Source: Marsupella aquatica (Eukaryota > Plantae > Marchantiophyta). From it: a stretch of 64,000 nt of DNA. Below the pieces are notes generated by a model that had not been told where the DNA came from, made no database searches, and saw only the letters and a list, made by a program, of their open reading frames with translations. The first letter of the stretch is position 1. Each line of letters opens with the position of its first letter. Of the stretch, positions 1 to 11,600 are shown piece after piece. The DNA lies in NCBI GenBank assembly GCA_973895155.1, contig OZ316895.1, positions 1,238,435-1,302,434 on the forward strand. Direction: 5' to 3'. Both the position numbers and the translations under genes were made by a program.

Positions 1-178
1 CCTCCCAGTGTGCCTCTACCTCGCCTTTCTCCCTGCCCCACTTCACTCCATGCCTTGCCCTCGCCAATCATGCAATGCTAGCATTGGGCTTGTGCAACAT
101 TAAACACAAACTTAATGCCTAAGAGTACCACACTGGAGATATCCCAAAGATTCAAATTGTGCAGGCCTTTTCTGTTCC

Positions 179-1167
179 GAGATATATGCTTGATGGGCCC
201 CCTGGTGAACCTTTCTTACCTGATGGGCCCCTAGGTAACTTTTTTTACCAAGTAGGACCCCTCTTAATGACCAGTACACCTGTTCTTGAGTGGTGCCTAC
301 ACCTGTCCTTGTGTGGTGCCTACTATATATGGTGACTCCAAGCAAACTGCACAGTTGAACTGTGCGTGCGGTCAACCTTGCATGGTCGCACGACCGAGAA
401 ACCACGGAGATGATTTGGGAGAAACTGCGAAAAGCGACTGCCGCTGTCAAAACTATGATTTGAAGACAATATGCATTATGTCTTCGGATTCAATGGGTTA
501 ATGCCTGAAGACTCAATGGATTATGTCTTCCCGTGTTTCAAGGTTTAGGGTTTAGGGTGTACCCCGACACCTTTGGGTCTGTCTTCTTTTGAAATTGTTT
601 GTATGCATTGCACAGGGGAGTATTACCATTTTTTGAGCGCAATTGTCAATCATTTGCCAATTTTTGTTGTGGCGGCAGTAGGCAAATTCTAAACATTGAA
701 CTTGAATATTCTTTGTGGACATTTGGAGGTATCCCACACTGATGCTGACAGTCGTGCATGAAAACATCGTGAAAAACCCATGTGCGCAACGTGAAAAACA
801 TACCTAATAACTACCCCACGATACGGTAAAAATTTGAACCTGAAGACATAATCCATTGTGTCTTTAGGCATTAACCTAGTGAATCCGAAGACATAATGCA
901 TATTGTCTTCAAATCGCAGTTTTGACAGCGGCAGTCACTTTTCGCAGTTTCTCCCGAATCATCTTCGTGGTTTCTCAGTCAACCATGCACGGTTGACCGC
1001 ACGGTTGACCGCACGGTTCAACTGTGCAGTTTGCTTGGAGTCACCATACATAGTAGACACCACACAAGGACAGGTGTAGGCACCACACAAGAGCAGGTGT
1101 ATTGGTCATTAAGATGGGTCCTACTTGGTAAAAAAAGTTACCTAGGGGCCCATCAAGCATATATCTC
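179..1167. mobile_element. Non-autonomous Mutator-like (MULE/foldback) element with ~350-bp terminal inverted repeats
   Basis: 179-~530 is the reverse complement of ~840-1167 (termini GAGATATATGCTTGATGGGCCCC / GGGGCCCATCAAGCATATATCTC). An identical 10-bp direct repeat TTTCTGTTCC flanks it at 169-178 and 1168-1177. No transposase inside. Confidence 0.9.
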
Positions 1168-2726
1168 TTTCTGTTCCCCTTTAGCTTTTCTTTCATTAGT
1201 GAAATTCTTTCTCCTTTTCACGGAAAGTTGTAGGAGATTTGCAAATTTCCTGATCAATTTCACTTTCCTCTCAAATGAATACTCGTGTTATCCAGGCTAT
1301 GTAAAGGAAAATGTGTCATGGGAGCAAAAGGAGCAAAGGTGCCAGGGACTTTTTTACAACAGGAGAGAGTGTCACATTGTCACTAGAAAAGTGACCCCTG
1401 AACTATATGGAATAATTGGCCCAATTATGAGTAGTTGGTGTGCTGAGGTCCCAAGACTAAGAGCAGAGATTGCACGGGAGAGGCGGTGACATTGCTCTCC
1501 TATTGTCCCATTTTTGGGGTGTCTGATTTGCTGTTCTATGTGGTACACCCTACTCCTCTCTCTTGGGCAGTGTCTTGGTTCAGGCCTCTTGCCTTTGTTG
1601 GATGGTTGGCCCTTGTTCGGACTGCCGTCATCCTGGTGTGTAAGGTGGTTTCCTTTGGGTGGTTTTGTCCCCTTTGAGTGTAGTTTTTGTGTGCTTTGGC
1701 CCCCTGGGTCTGTTTCTGCCCCGCTGGTCTTCATCGCGGCGGCCTCTGAAATAAATGGGTGTTCTGCCGCCTTCTGCTTAAAAATAAAAATAAAGCAGAA
1801 GGTTGGCCGACCCAGGACATTGTACGAAGAGTGACAAACTGTACAGAGAGTTATTGGACCTCAGAACAGTAAGGATTTGTGAGTACTTAAATAAGACAAA
1901 ATTGGAAAATGGTTTGTGGCTCAGTTTACGATATACCCTTGTGAGGATTTAACTGAAGATTGCTGACTCGGTTTAGGATATGGCCTTCTTTTGGTGACTC
2001 AATCATACAAGATAGAAAAATCCGACCTGGAAACTCTAAAGTCTTTGTCTAGTAAGGTCTTGTTTGGGGAGCATTATGGGCAATAATAGCCCCTTGGAAC
2101 TCAAGCTGCAGCTTTTTTTTGGAGGGCATTATATTCCATAATGCCCTCTAGGCAGGACTGTATTGTATACTTTCTCCCAGGCATGCTCAACTTACTCCCC
2201 TTTAGTTATCAGAACTTCTTCCTATTTACAGAATCACCTTGGCTAAGGTAGTCATATGATTGGAGGGCACTCACTTATGTCTCTCATCATCCACAATGCC
2301 AAGGGCAGGATAGGAAACTATCACAATCTTCCAGTAAGAGAAACCAAAGAAAACAGCACAAACATGCAAGACAGCAACTGACCAGAGGCAAACAAACCAG
2401 TCTAGGACACAAGATGGATAATATATGAGAAGGACCAAGGATACTAGTACTCCTAAACTGTTGGGAAAAAGTGGATCTGAATTCTCCATAGAATCTGGCA
2501 CTTTCTTTTGGTCCGGATGGAAATGAGGAAGAACACTTACTAGTCTCTCCTCACCCTAATAGTGCATGACATACTTTCATTGTAGGGAACCCATTTGAGG
2601 GTGAGGCCCCATGGATCCGACAGGGACCGGACTAGGACGGAGAGAAGATATAATCAGGGCGGCAAAGTGGACAACCAAGGGCCAAGGAGAAACAGAACTC
2701 CCATCCACTACCCACAAAACCCATCC

Positions 2727-2745
2727 CACACACACACACACACAC
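2727..2745. repeat. (CA)n microsatellite
   Basis: Run of CA dinucleotides seen directly. Confidence 0.8.
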
Positions 2746-2899
2746 ATCCCTCCACACACCTGTGTGCAGAGGGGTGGGACCTTTCAATTCGAGACTAATC
2801 CCCTAGCCAACTGACCTAGGCTAGTTGTTTGACTCTGGCACTTTCTAACTTGTGAAATTTGAATCTCTTTTTCCTGCAGTTTTCGAGGTTTGGGACCTC

Positions 2900-3570
2900 A
2901 AGGACCTGTAAGTTTCCAGCCCTTGCTCATTGTCATCCACCACAGACGCAGTCAGGCCTGCCCGAGGAGGAGGTTGATGCATAAAAATTTCACTCAATGT
3001 TGGAATGCCACCCATTGAGTTGAGGGTCGGAAACTCAATGGCTGTCCACATGAAAGATGCCCTCAATGGTGATATCTATGTTGAGAGATCTGAGTTCCAT
3101 GAAACCAGTGAACAACCATAAGCATTGCAAAGCAGACAGGTAGATGAGCCATTGAACACAAAGGGAATTCTTTCCACCTTCAAAATGTGTGCAATCTTCC
3201 TCCAAAATAACACAGGAACTGATCAAAGCCTGTGTTACTCTGCCCAGGAGAACATTCACACTTCATTATGCACCGAACGCCACAAAATGGTTGCAATGAG
3301 CCCCAAACGCTTCTCAGTTTGGTCTCCAAGATCTAATACCAATTGTTGGGATATGATCTACACCGAATGTTGAAGATAGCATCAACATGCATCCATAGAC
3401 TCTGACATTGAAAGTACATGGTTCCCCCCATCAAAGTTACGTCCACAGCAGTGAAAAAAATCCAATAATGTGAAATGATTACACTGGCCATAGCCAATGT
3501 GCTATAGCTCCTCTCTCACTCTTTATCTTGAAGAGCGAACCTTCAAGTGTGAGCACAAGTTGGTGTTCCC
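2900..3570 (-). pseudogene. Probable degenerate non-LTR retrotransposon (LINE) 3' fragment
   Basis: Stop-interrupted minus-strand translation has Cys/His and 'IATILWRS...WRKI' segments loosely resembling the zf-RVT/C-terminal part of plant LINEs. Weak, by-eye match. Confidence 0.3.
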
Positions 3571-4842
3571 CTAGTCTTGGGTATACCCCCTCCCATGGTC
3601 TATGGGAATCTGAAACTCCCGGTGGAACTCAACTAGTGCTATCCTAGTCTACTAAAGTCTAGTTCGTACTATGGAAATATATGGGTTATACTAGAGGGAT
3701 AACCTAACAGTTCAATGGAAGTTGTCAATGGAAGTCGGTGAGCAACGACTGAGGCAAGGGAGGTGTGAATGGGGAAGGGACTGGAAATTCAATAGTTACA
3801 AGTTGAGATCTCAAAGACAACATTGGCATCATTATCAACACCAGGGGAGGGGTACTGGGAGGCCACCCGTTGGTGCCCTAAGAAATCCACCATATCTCTT
3901 AGGGTGCCACTATGAAATCCCAAAGCTGGCCTCCCCTTAATGGGCTCTCTCCCCTAAATATCCTCGTTTGGAGCTTTGTTGTTTGCATTTGACTCTGCAT
4001 TAGTGTTTGTCCCCATGGAACTTATTTTACTTGTCCCTTTGAACAAGCCAAGGAGTCCCCCATTTTGGTTGTGGGGGACTGGGTGGGAGACTCTTTAATT
4101 GGCTTGTTGGACCCCTTTGGTCTTCTCCTGGCCTTTTATCTTTTCTTTTCCCTCCCTTTATTGCGTTTGGTTGCCTTTGGGACCTTGCAAACCATTTTGC
4201 CTTTTGTTCTTTTGGACAGTGATATATTTTACTTCCACTTATTGTACTTGTTCGACCATTTTACTGTATTATAAACACTTCCAAAACAATAATAAGTGTG
4301 ATGACAATGGTCATGACGTGGGTGTTGACGATGGCAATACAGAAGTCAATACACAGTGACTTGTTCATTTGTACAAGGGGTCTATCCAAATGCGATTGCA
4401 CCTTTATATTTTTAACAATGTTTTGTATTTCGTCTGTATCTCATTTGAATATTGGGACGATCAAACCACACGAGTCAAATGACGGAAAGAGTAGGTTCTG
4501 GACCGATCAGAAGCCTCGTAGCCTCGAGCAACTTCCCGTCAACTAATACCTTTCCACATCACTCTAGTACCCTCACACACTCACAATCCTTTCCGTGTAC
4601 CGCACCCAAGTGCTCTTGGTCCAGCATTTCTGGAAGCTTCTACGCACAATATATATATATCTTATAAATGTTTCTACCCATCGAGGACCCTGTGTCCTCA
4701 CCTGACGTCACTCAACCCCACACAATCCTCGAAGTTTCACAATTTAGGCACGTTATTTTGACCAGCCTGCCTTTGTACCCAGCAGCCCTCTTGTTCTTGC
4801 ACGACTATATTTAATGGTATTTTCGTGTTTGCCCCCTTGGCA

Positions 4843-5080
4843 AATGCTACCTTGTGAATAGAAGATTCTAGGAAGACTCTTTTCTATGTTTATTTTAAAT
4901 TTATTTTTTGCCATCAGATTTTGACAAACAGAATGTGTGGCTAGGTGGGGGTTAAAATTCAACGTCAAATGCTACCTTGTGAATAGAAGATTCTAGGAAG
5001 ACTCTTTTCTATGTTTATTTTAAATTTAATTTTTGCCATCAGATTTTGACAAACAGAAGGTGGGGGTTAAAATTCAACGT
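4843..5080. repeat. Near-perfect tandem duplication, ~125-bp unit
   Basis: AAATGCTACCTTGTGAATAGAAGATTCTAGGAAGACTCTTTTCTATG...GGGGGTTAAAATTCAACGTC occurs twice head to tail. Confidence 0.9.
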
Positions 5081-5089
5081 CCTGGAATA

Positions 5090-5560
5090 TGAGAAACACA
5101 ATGAAAGGTTAACTAAATTTATTGCTTGAACAACAGAGTAGTTGTGTATCACAATCATGGGCTTTTCATTTACCTGAATTCTAGTTATCCTGGATACTTT
5201 CATGATTAATATTATGAGACATTCAGATCTTTTCAACAATTGGCAAAACTATTTTCTGCACACAGATGAATACCATGTATATCTGTTGGGGGAACCTGGG
5301 TATATTGCTCCTGACTAGTTTATAATGCAGAGGTTTGGTCTAAGAGAGTATGCTCTTGGCACAAATATCTACTGTGTGGACATGGGACAAAATTCTGCAG
5401 GTTACAGAATTAGAGTCAAATGAGGAATTAGAGGCTTGAAACAAAAATGGTGATGATTAATGAAAAGATACCTGTGAAAGTACAAGTTCAAGGAGCCCCT
5501 CCGAGCTGCTACCTTACAGTTAACCAAATTTCTACAAAGAAAATGCAATGACTTCAGCCA
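5090..5560 (+). pseudogene. PIF/Harbinger-type DDE transposase (DDE_Tnp_4) remnant
   Basis: With frameshifts and stops it reads GLFIYLNSSYPGYFHD..NIMRHSDLFNNWQNYFLHTDEYHVYLLGEPGY...AGYRIRVK*GIRGLKQKW. This matches the Harbinger motifs PGSxHD, YLLGDxGY and RxxVExxxGxLKxKW. Confidence 0.75.
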
Positions 5561-7339
5561 AGTGATAGACAACAAACAAATTACTAACAACTAGGAGGCA
5601 GGATGGGCTGGTCATTACAGAAAGGATTTTTAGGCATGCAGAAGGCAAGACAGAAGGCCCACTGCATATATAGATACATAAAGTTCATAGATACTAGTTG
5701 CATTTTCTACATCTCATAGCAAACATTACTATCTATTGCTTGCTCCACAATGGTGTGGACTAAATACAATTCCATAAACTAAATCATTGATAGTACTATT
5801 GATCAAAGGTGGAGGCAATTGGAAATTCATTGGTCTGGGCATCGTTTATTTCTTGAATGACAACGCACTGTGGCCCTAAAAGCAGTTGCATAGTGTAGCC
5901 AACAATTAACTACTTTCTACAAAATTGTGGCATTCTCCTGAACTGCAATCAAAATCTGATCTCATGCCTTAAGTCACCCAATATTTTTTCCAAAAGTCAC
6001 ACAACCAGTGGCCCTTAATCACACATTCCAGATAACTTTAATAATGGGAATGTGTTGGTGCCGGGGCCGTCAAATCTTTCTTGTTATTTTGACAGGAATT
6101 GAATAATTGAACACCTTTTGGAATAAAGAATGTCTCTAATTTAGACCAACCAAAGGAATAACGCTAAGCTACTTTTTTCCTCCATTCCTAGAAGCATTTT
6201 CTTGTCGACGATTCAGTCTCGTGTGACAGCAATGTATAATCTTGAAATCGTCTGCTATGCACCTTTTTAATCCACGAATATTTTGCCTGGTGTATTATTT
6301 GTTCAAATTATTCGAATAAATCATTTGAAGTTACAAATACGAACATCTTTGTGGACGGCTGGTACAAACATACATTAAAGAAACCCTGGTCGTTCCTCAC
6401 CTTCGAAATTCATGTGTACACTGCTGTACTGCCTAAAAGTACTCCAATCGGCACATGTCTGAACCTTGCGGACAAAATGGTGTAGGCACATCTCCGGACC
6501 TTGCGGCCCCCAAAAGTGCAGAAACGCATAGAATGTTTGGTCAAAGGGCCAGCATTCGCTTTTTGTCTGGTTACTTTCCCGAGAGAGTTTGCTCAGCACA
6601 GCTGAGCCATTGCGCAATGTGCGTTATTACAATATCGGAATCCACGGTCCACTTTGAAACGACGGGACTCAACGGCAGGGACTACAGAAAAATACAGTAA
6701 GAGTATCAATTTTTCAGGATGATTCTAAATCGCTCAACTACCCAATTCCAGTCAAGTTCATACTCTTTTGTATTGACCATCACATTTAGCTGAGCGAAAC
6801 ATTTTTTTTTCTTCGCGTACAACACAATGCGAATGATTGATTATTCTGTCAAGCCCTTTGCTTACAACACAGTGTGCATGTTAGATTACGTAAAGGACTC
6901 AATCTTTTTGCTTTGTATTTCTATAGACAATTGTAATGATGAGGCATTACCTGTGGCAGCCTGGAGATTCTCAAATGAAATGGGGATTCTTTTTTTGAAA
7001 TGAGAACACAAATAAGGTCCCAATACAAAAAAAATTATGGGTGGGAAAGATCCACAACCATTGGATTTGATTGGTTATTTCCCTGATCATTGATGAAAAA
7101 AATGAACACCTCTAGCACATATGTGTTTCCCCATGCTGCCCCATAAATGCCTCCCCCCTCCCAACTCTCCCTATGGACGGGCCCTCTTTGCTCTGTACAA
7201 TGCACGGGCATAGGACTTGTAGAACATAAATAGAGACCAAGATAATTAAGAATCATGCAATAAAAATGATTATATAATATTATTTTTGGTTTATATTTGT
7301 TTGTCTGTTTTTTATACACTTAACTTTTCTGTTTTGTCT

Positions 7340-7770
7340 TTACTGACTAGAGGCTTCATTCTACACACTAGCCCCTCAAAAGTATCTTTGCATTGAACTT
7401 TATTAGTAAGATATACTAGCCTGTTCTTTGAGCCTAAACAGATATAAAGACAAATCTAGTAAAACAAAGATGCTATTGTGGCATCCCTATTTTTTATCTT
7501 CACTTATATTTTGTCCTTATTGAGAGTCACTCTTAGTTTTGTCATAGACTTCTATTTTGTTTTTATTGCGAGTCACTTTTAGTTTTGTCATACGATAGAT
7601 TCAATGTTCATCTGTGCTCCCATTCTTGTTTTTGTATACACCAGTTTTGTCTTCTTTGTCCTATTGAGAGTTACTGTCTAGAGGCCTCACTCTAGAAGGC
7701 CTCTAGACAGTAGCCCTTGAAAGTAACTTTGCATTGCCCTTTAGTAAGAAATCACATGTCATTTGAGCCA
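7340..7770. repeat. Copies of a dispersed repeat family related to the 139-bp unit at 24007-24400, including a 16-bp perfect inverted repeat at 7672-7712
   Basis: CCTATTGAGAGTTAC...CCCTTGAAAGTAACTTTGCATTGCCCTTTAGTAAGA resembles the reverse complement of the 24-kb unit. Hairpin TACTGTCTAGAGGCCT-N9-AGGCCTCTAGACAGTA. Confidence 0.6.
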
Positions 7771-8645
7771 AACATGTTTATTTCTTCCCTCACAACGCAG
7801 AGTGCATGATTCCAAATTTTTTGCAAAATACACAACAAAATGCTTCTGCGTTGTTGAGCTGTATCACTCAGCAGAGGAATGTCCCATACGGTACGTAGAC
7901 ATCTCATTATGTAGACTTATTTTTAGGAGCCTCTAAACTTCGAATGGTGCAGGAGTAGTGCAGTGCAGGGCCACACCTACAAGGCAACTCCTGCAGGACA
8001 GCCGGGCTAACGGACTACCGAAGCACACATACACCCACAGCAAAATACAGCATGCTAGGAAGCTATATTCCCCCAGCTTCTAGAAGCAGTGATGCGTTTC
8101 GAAGAGGACGGAATCTCTCTCACCTGCCCAGTGAAATAAAAAATGCGGATTCTTGCGCCCTACTCAAGCAGCCATCCATGAATCGCCATCCGTGCATCGG
8201 TCTGTCTGTCTGTAAAGAAAATTGCCTCATTGGCTGCACAGTACGTGCGAGAGTGAGTAGAGCTCGATCGACCTGGGACCGGATAACACGGGGCTTGCCA
8301 GGTTATTATTAATAGAGGAGTGACGATCCGATTTCCAATGTCGTTGGCGAAGCCATTCTCACAAACGGACTCGTGTTTGGGTTGTGAGGAGGTGAGGAGT
8401 ACCCAATAGGCAGGGAAGCAGTGTTTCCCAGAGATCACTGCAGGGAAGGCGAAAAAAAGGACCTGGGATGAGAGAGATTCATGCTGGAGTATGATATTTC
8501 GCTCAAGAAATGCTGTCTGTGTGTGGTTGGGGTTGAACGAGCGAATTGCATAGTGGATGTTACTAGCAACTAAGTATTGCAGCTGAATTCAGTGGATTTG
8601 AAAGGCCCTTAGGGGCATCCAGGGACCTGAAGGATTTCTGTCGAG

Positions 8646-11600
8646 ATGGCCATCTCGTCTGGAGCGGCGGTCTCTGGACTGGAGGCCGTCGGACGGGATG
8701 GCGGCATGGGGAGCAGGAGGAGCAGCCTCAGCGGGAGGAGCAGCCGGAATTGGGGCCTCGGCCCGGACAATGTTTTCGGCAGGGCTTCTGGGTCGAGGCT
8801 GGACAGAGACGACATCGACGATGAGGAGGCTCTCAAGTGGGCAGCATTGGAAAAGCTACCCACTTACGATCGCATGCGAACGACGATCCTCGAGAACATG
8901 AAGGGTAGCAAGGTGTACCGAGAGCAAGTGGATCTCCGCACTGTGGGCCAGGAAAACCTGCGCCGTCAACTGATTGATAAGCTATTCAACGACAGTAATC
9001 CCGACGATGACAATGCGAAATTCCTCTTCAAGCTTCGAGAGCGAATCGACAGGTCAGCTCTCACGCAATTTTCTGCTACGTTCTCGAGTTGATATACTAA
9101 CTAGGCAACCTCGCTTGCTTGAAGGAGTATGTCTACTGCTGTAAATTTGGCCTCCTATCATTCGAATTTTTTCTTCCCAGACGGCAGGCTCCTGTTGGAA
9201 GGCTTTCGTAGAAAACTTTGATTTTTCGTTGCATTGCTTCTTGGTCCTCCCGAGATTTTGGTCATTAACTAACTGTGATACAATTGAGATAGGAAGTCAT
9301 GGATCGACTCCTTGGTTGGTTGTGAGGACCAATAATATTTGCGCCTGATCGCGTGATCTTAGGGCCGATTGGAAGGTGCATGTTTTGAGAGGAGGGATTG
9401 GGATCACTGGTTCGTATGCATTTTTTTGTTCACACGAAATTTCATAGCTTCTTATCGCCACCCCGTCCCCTGGGTTATCGAGAGAGTTACAGTTAGTCTT
9501 CTCATCCAAGCTGCTACGAAAAGGATAAACTGCTGTCATTGCCGACTAGGAACCCACGAGGGTTGGAGAGGATATCAACATTGGCCTAAAACCCACATTA
9601 CATATAAAGGGAACCTGCTTGCAACCTTTAAATTCCCAATTTCCAATTCCCTGATGTATGTATTCGTATGTACCCGATCAAGCTCTGAAATCCGGTATTG
9701 CAGTGGGTCGACATTGATGGGTTTGCAGCCTCTCATTTGAGTTCAATGCCTGAGATTAGAAGTCGTACAATGATGGCGACAGTGCGTTTTGATAGACCAA
9801 TGAAGGAAAGCAGATGATGCTGTCTGTGCTCGTTCATGATTCGTTGATCGTACGCCTCTCACCTGCTACAAAATACGGTGACGGAGAATGCTGTCAATTG
9901 CGGAGACCGTGAAGATCGGGGAACAGATTTCCACCGATTTTGTTACAATCCTGACGACTCACTGCCACAGCCACAGCTAACCAACTTAAACGAATTTGAC
10001 ATGCTAATCCTGACTTCTGCCATATTTTTTACTTCAATCAGGGTGGGCATCGCGCTGCCAACTGTCGAGGTTCGTTACGAGAATTTGAGTATCGACGCAA
10101 AGGCGTATTTGGGTGGTCGAGCTCTTCCTACTTTGTACAATGAAGCTGTCAACGCCGTCGAGGTATGATATCTCTTGAAGCACCCTTCTCCGCCCGTTTC
10201 TTGCGAGAGATTCATGATTATGCTGCCGATGGGAAAGCGCATCGTCTCGTCTGAGTTTCGAGACACTGGCAGAAGAAGAAGATGTAAAATTGGTTGGATT
10301 GCTAAAGTAACAATAATACTCTAGCACAGAGGTTTATTCTTTCAAGATCCTCCTCAAGATTTACTCTTGGTATCTAGTGACTTTCGGAAGACTTACCGAG
10401 CTCAGGCGTCTATCGATAGACGTGGAATGAGGGACATTTTCGAGTTGTACTTCGTTGGCCCTGTTACAATAGAGCTGTTGTTCTTGTTCTATTTTTGAGT
10501 TGCGGGGATGCTTCTGACAAATCCTTGTCTGAAGAGTATTTGGTAGAGAGTATCTGACTGATTTAATCTTAACCACAACCCACGCTACGCGAATGCAGGG
10601 ATGGATAGCCGCCTTAGGCATCAGCCTTGCCAAGAAGCAAGATATATCGATACTGCATGATGTCAGTGGTATTATTAAACCTACCAGGTGAGAATTTTCT
10701 CTCCCCTCCCCGTTTTTCCCGCGCCGAATCTCTCTTATGCATGTTTTGATATGAGCTGCAATATTAGTATTTCTTTATGTGAGCACGCTACTTTAGTTTC
10801 ATTTCCCATCCACGTAGCTTTTTGCTCATCATTGTTTTCGAGGAATAGGAGCTCTATAGAGCAGGATTCTCGATCTCGATCGGGAATTGAACCGGAACTG
10901 AGTGTTGTCTCGTCCATTCGTTGTAGAATGACATTATTGCTTGGACCTCCAAGTTCTGGAAAAACAACCCTTCTCCTCGCGCTTGCGGGCAAGCTGGACC
11001 GCTCCTTGAAGGTAAACTCGGCGAACCGAAACTAGAGGGTGCACTAGGTCATATGGATGACGTGAGTATTATACGGTCTTATCATCGTTATGGTCATGTT
11101 GTACAAAAGGTAGCACGATAGTTTGCAGACATGAAACTCCAAGAGGGTGGGAGAAAATACTCACAACCTCTATTATAATAAGCTATCGAAGTACACCGTT
11201 CAGAATGTACATTATAAATATCGATCAAACTTTCATGACCTACTAGCAGAGTGAAGCCATGGGTCCTAGCCCCTGTATTCTCCGGTAGCAGAAAGTTTCG
11301 ATATATATTTAGATCATGCTTGGGATGGGCACGGGAGATTGGGAGCCCGCCCCTGCATCCGCACTGGTATTCGGCTAGTAGAAATTAACGCTTCAAGTAC
11401 GGTTCTCCACAGTATTAAACGGCGAAACCATGGAGTGGTTGGCCTCCATCCGACGAGAGCGAAAGCAGGCGGAGATGGTGGACCCGTAACGCTATTTGGC
11501 AGTTTTTGTTCACGAGAGTATACAATAATAGATTCATACTGAGCTGGAAACGAAGTTGACTTAACATGACGACAACCGCTCGGAACTTCACTGGTGGGGC

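Noticed and set aside
112-1489. Similar ORFs at 112-450 (-) and 1031-1489 (+)
   Set aside because: The similarity comes from the two arms of the inverted repeat. No protein family is recognisable.
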